Origin: Malacoraja senta
Lineage: Eukaryota
Assembly (NCBI GenBank): GCA_038087875.1
Contig: CM075987.1
Location: forward strand, 21,266,001 to 21,330,000
Direction of reading: 5' to 3'
Length of the DNA: 64,000 nucleotides
The first letter of the stretch is position 1. The number at the start of each line of letters is the position of its first letter. The position numbers were made by a program, and so were the translations under genes. The notes under the pieces are model-generated. The model saw only the letters and a program-made list of their open reading frames with translations, did no database searches and had not been told where the DNA came from. Positions 62,086 through 64,000 of this stretch are shown here, one piece after another.

Positions 62086-63117
62086 TTGAAAAGAGGTGGC
62101 TGAACGATTAACCAGAGGGAGCCTTTATGATACAGAGAATTTGGTAGATTAGATGCTGAGATGTTACTACTAGTAGATGAGGAACAGAAATAGAAAATGT
62201 ATTACTATTAAAGCCACAGGGGAATTTAACGGAAACTTCTTTAGACGTATGGTTGTGAGAAAGTGGAACTCGCTTCTCCAGTAGATGATTGAGGTAAGTG
62301 GTGTTCCTCTTTTAAGATGAAGATGGCTAAGGACATGAGGTGTGAAAGGATATGTTTATAGTGCGTGAATGAAGATGGGAGAAGACTTGAACACACAGGG
62401 AACTGCAGATGCTGGAATCTTGAGCAAAACACAAAACGCTGGAGGGATTTGGTGGGTCAGGCAGCATCTGTGGAGGAAATGGGCCCTTGGGAGAAGACTT
62501 GTTTGGAGTAGACACATGTTAAAACTGAAATGTCTTCCCCTAGAGGGGGTGGATCTTCAGAAGCAGCCTGGATTAATTGTGCAGACAGTCCTGTTCCTGC
62601 AATCAAGTTGATTTAAATCACTTACATTTCCTTTCATTAAAAATATTTCCCACTCATCATATATATCACCATTTCCTTCTATTCCATAGCCCTTTATGTG
62701 TTTATTCTTCTACAAGTGCATCAGCAGTATTCAACTTATCTACTCCCTTTGAAAGCAAGTACCCTGCTTTTTAACATCTCTCTTGGTAAAGAAGTTTCTC
62801 GTGAATTCTTTACTTGATTGAAACACTGAACTGCAGATTCTGATGCTACCCACAAAAAGAAAGCTCTTCTCTACTCTGGACTCAAATGGAAATGCCTTCT
62901 CTTGATGCTGCATGATCTGCTGAGTTCCCCTAGCACTTGGTGTTTTGCTCAAAATTCCAGCATCTGCAGTTCCTCGTGTCTCCATGGAAATGCCTTCTTC
63001 ACCTCCGTCCTATCAAGTTATTTTTAAAATATCTTCAGCATTAATCGGGGCATCTTTCATTCTGCCTTTTTGAAGCGATGAGAGCTCCACACTGTCTAAT
63101 TATCCCATTGGGAATAA

Positions 63118-63333
<216 letters not shown>

Positions 63334-64000
63334 ACATTTCCATTCATGATTTTGAACAGACAACTGGATCTTTATGCAGAGAAGAATGGGATTTATTTAA
63401 AAGCTCACAAAACATTCACCCTTTGTTAACAGAGAGTGTGAATTGGTGCAATTCATAGCTTAAATCAGGTCTAAAGCAAACATCAGGGCAAGCTTGATAT
63501 TAAAATAAAATTAATGAATGTAGTCTTGTGCTGTTTGTTCCTAACTCCATTCAAGTGCTGGAATCTTGAGCAAAACACAAAGTGCTGGAGGAACTCAATG
63601 GGTCAGGCAAAAATAATAAGCAAAAATAAAATAAACAACTGAATTATCCTAAACACACAGCAATCCAGTACATTTGTGGAGGGAATGAACAAGTTAATGT
63701 TTCTGCTGTGATACTTAAGAACTAGTAACAGTGGTCTGCTTTTAAATGGGAACAAAGAACAGAAGAGAAAAAGGAACCAAAATATACAGATAGAATTATT
63801 GGTAGGAAGACTGTTCCGTGCACATGTTGTCTCTTTCATGGCCCTTTGTTTCACTTGAGTGCTGTTTTCCCTTTCCTGAAAAATTAGAGAGCAGAAGAAT
63901 ATTCTCTAAGGTCTGAGCCAATATTTATTTCTGCAAGAATGGAACCATATAATCTAATCATCATCTTGTATTGAATTGTTCTATTTGTAATTGGCTGCCA

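Overview
Vertebrate genomic DNA, most likely from a cartilaginous fish (skate/ray-like repeat content: V-SINE/HE1-type SINEs, CR1, L2, Rex/Babar, Penelope-like elements (PLEs), Deu-SINE relics). Four protein-coding genes can be reconstructed from phase-consistent GT-AG exons. (1) EXOSC2 first coding exon (- strand, 517-632; the rest lies left of the window). (2) A complete CIZ1 (+ strand, 15 coding exons, 3887-42609, about 878 aa) with a greatly enlarged, internally duplicated acidic last exon. (3) BBLN/C9orf16 (- strand, 2 coding exons, 85 aa). (4) PTGES2 (+ strand, 7 exons, 380 aa). Gene order is EXOSC2<- CIZ1-> <-BBLN PTGES2->. Introns are filled with nested transposons, including two Helitrons with different internal cargo and Harbinger and hAT MITEs. 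The most unusual signals are: a family of short fold-back Penelope-derived insertions with 12-bp TSDs that carry a minimal hammerhead-ribozyme core; a fixed-spacing YY1+THAP-like composite motif repeated about 7 times across the EXOSC2/CIZ1 promoter region; and candidate unannotated CIZ1 poison, micro and alternative-terminal exons. Gene identities come from recalled human protein similarity; no database search was run. Repeat boundaries are approximate unless a TSD or terminus is quoted.
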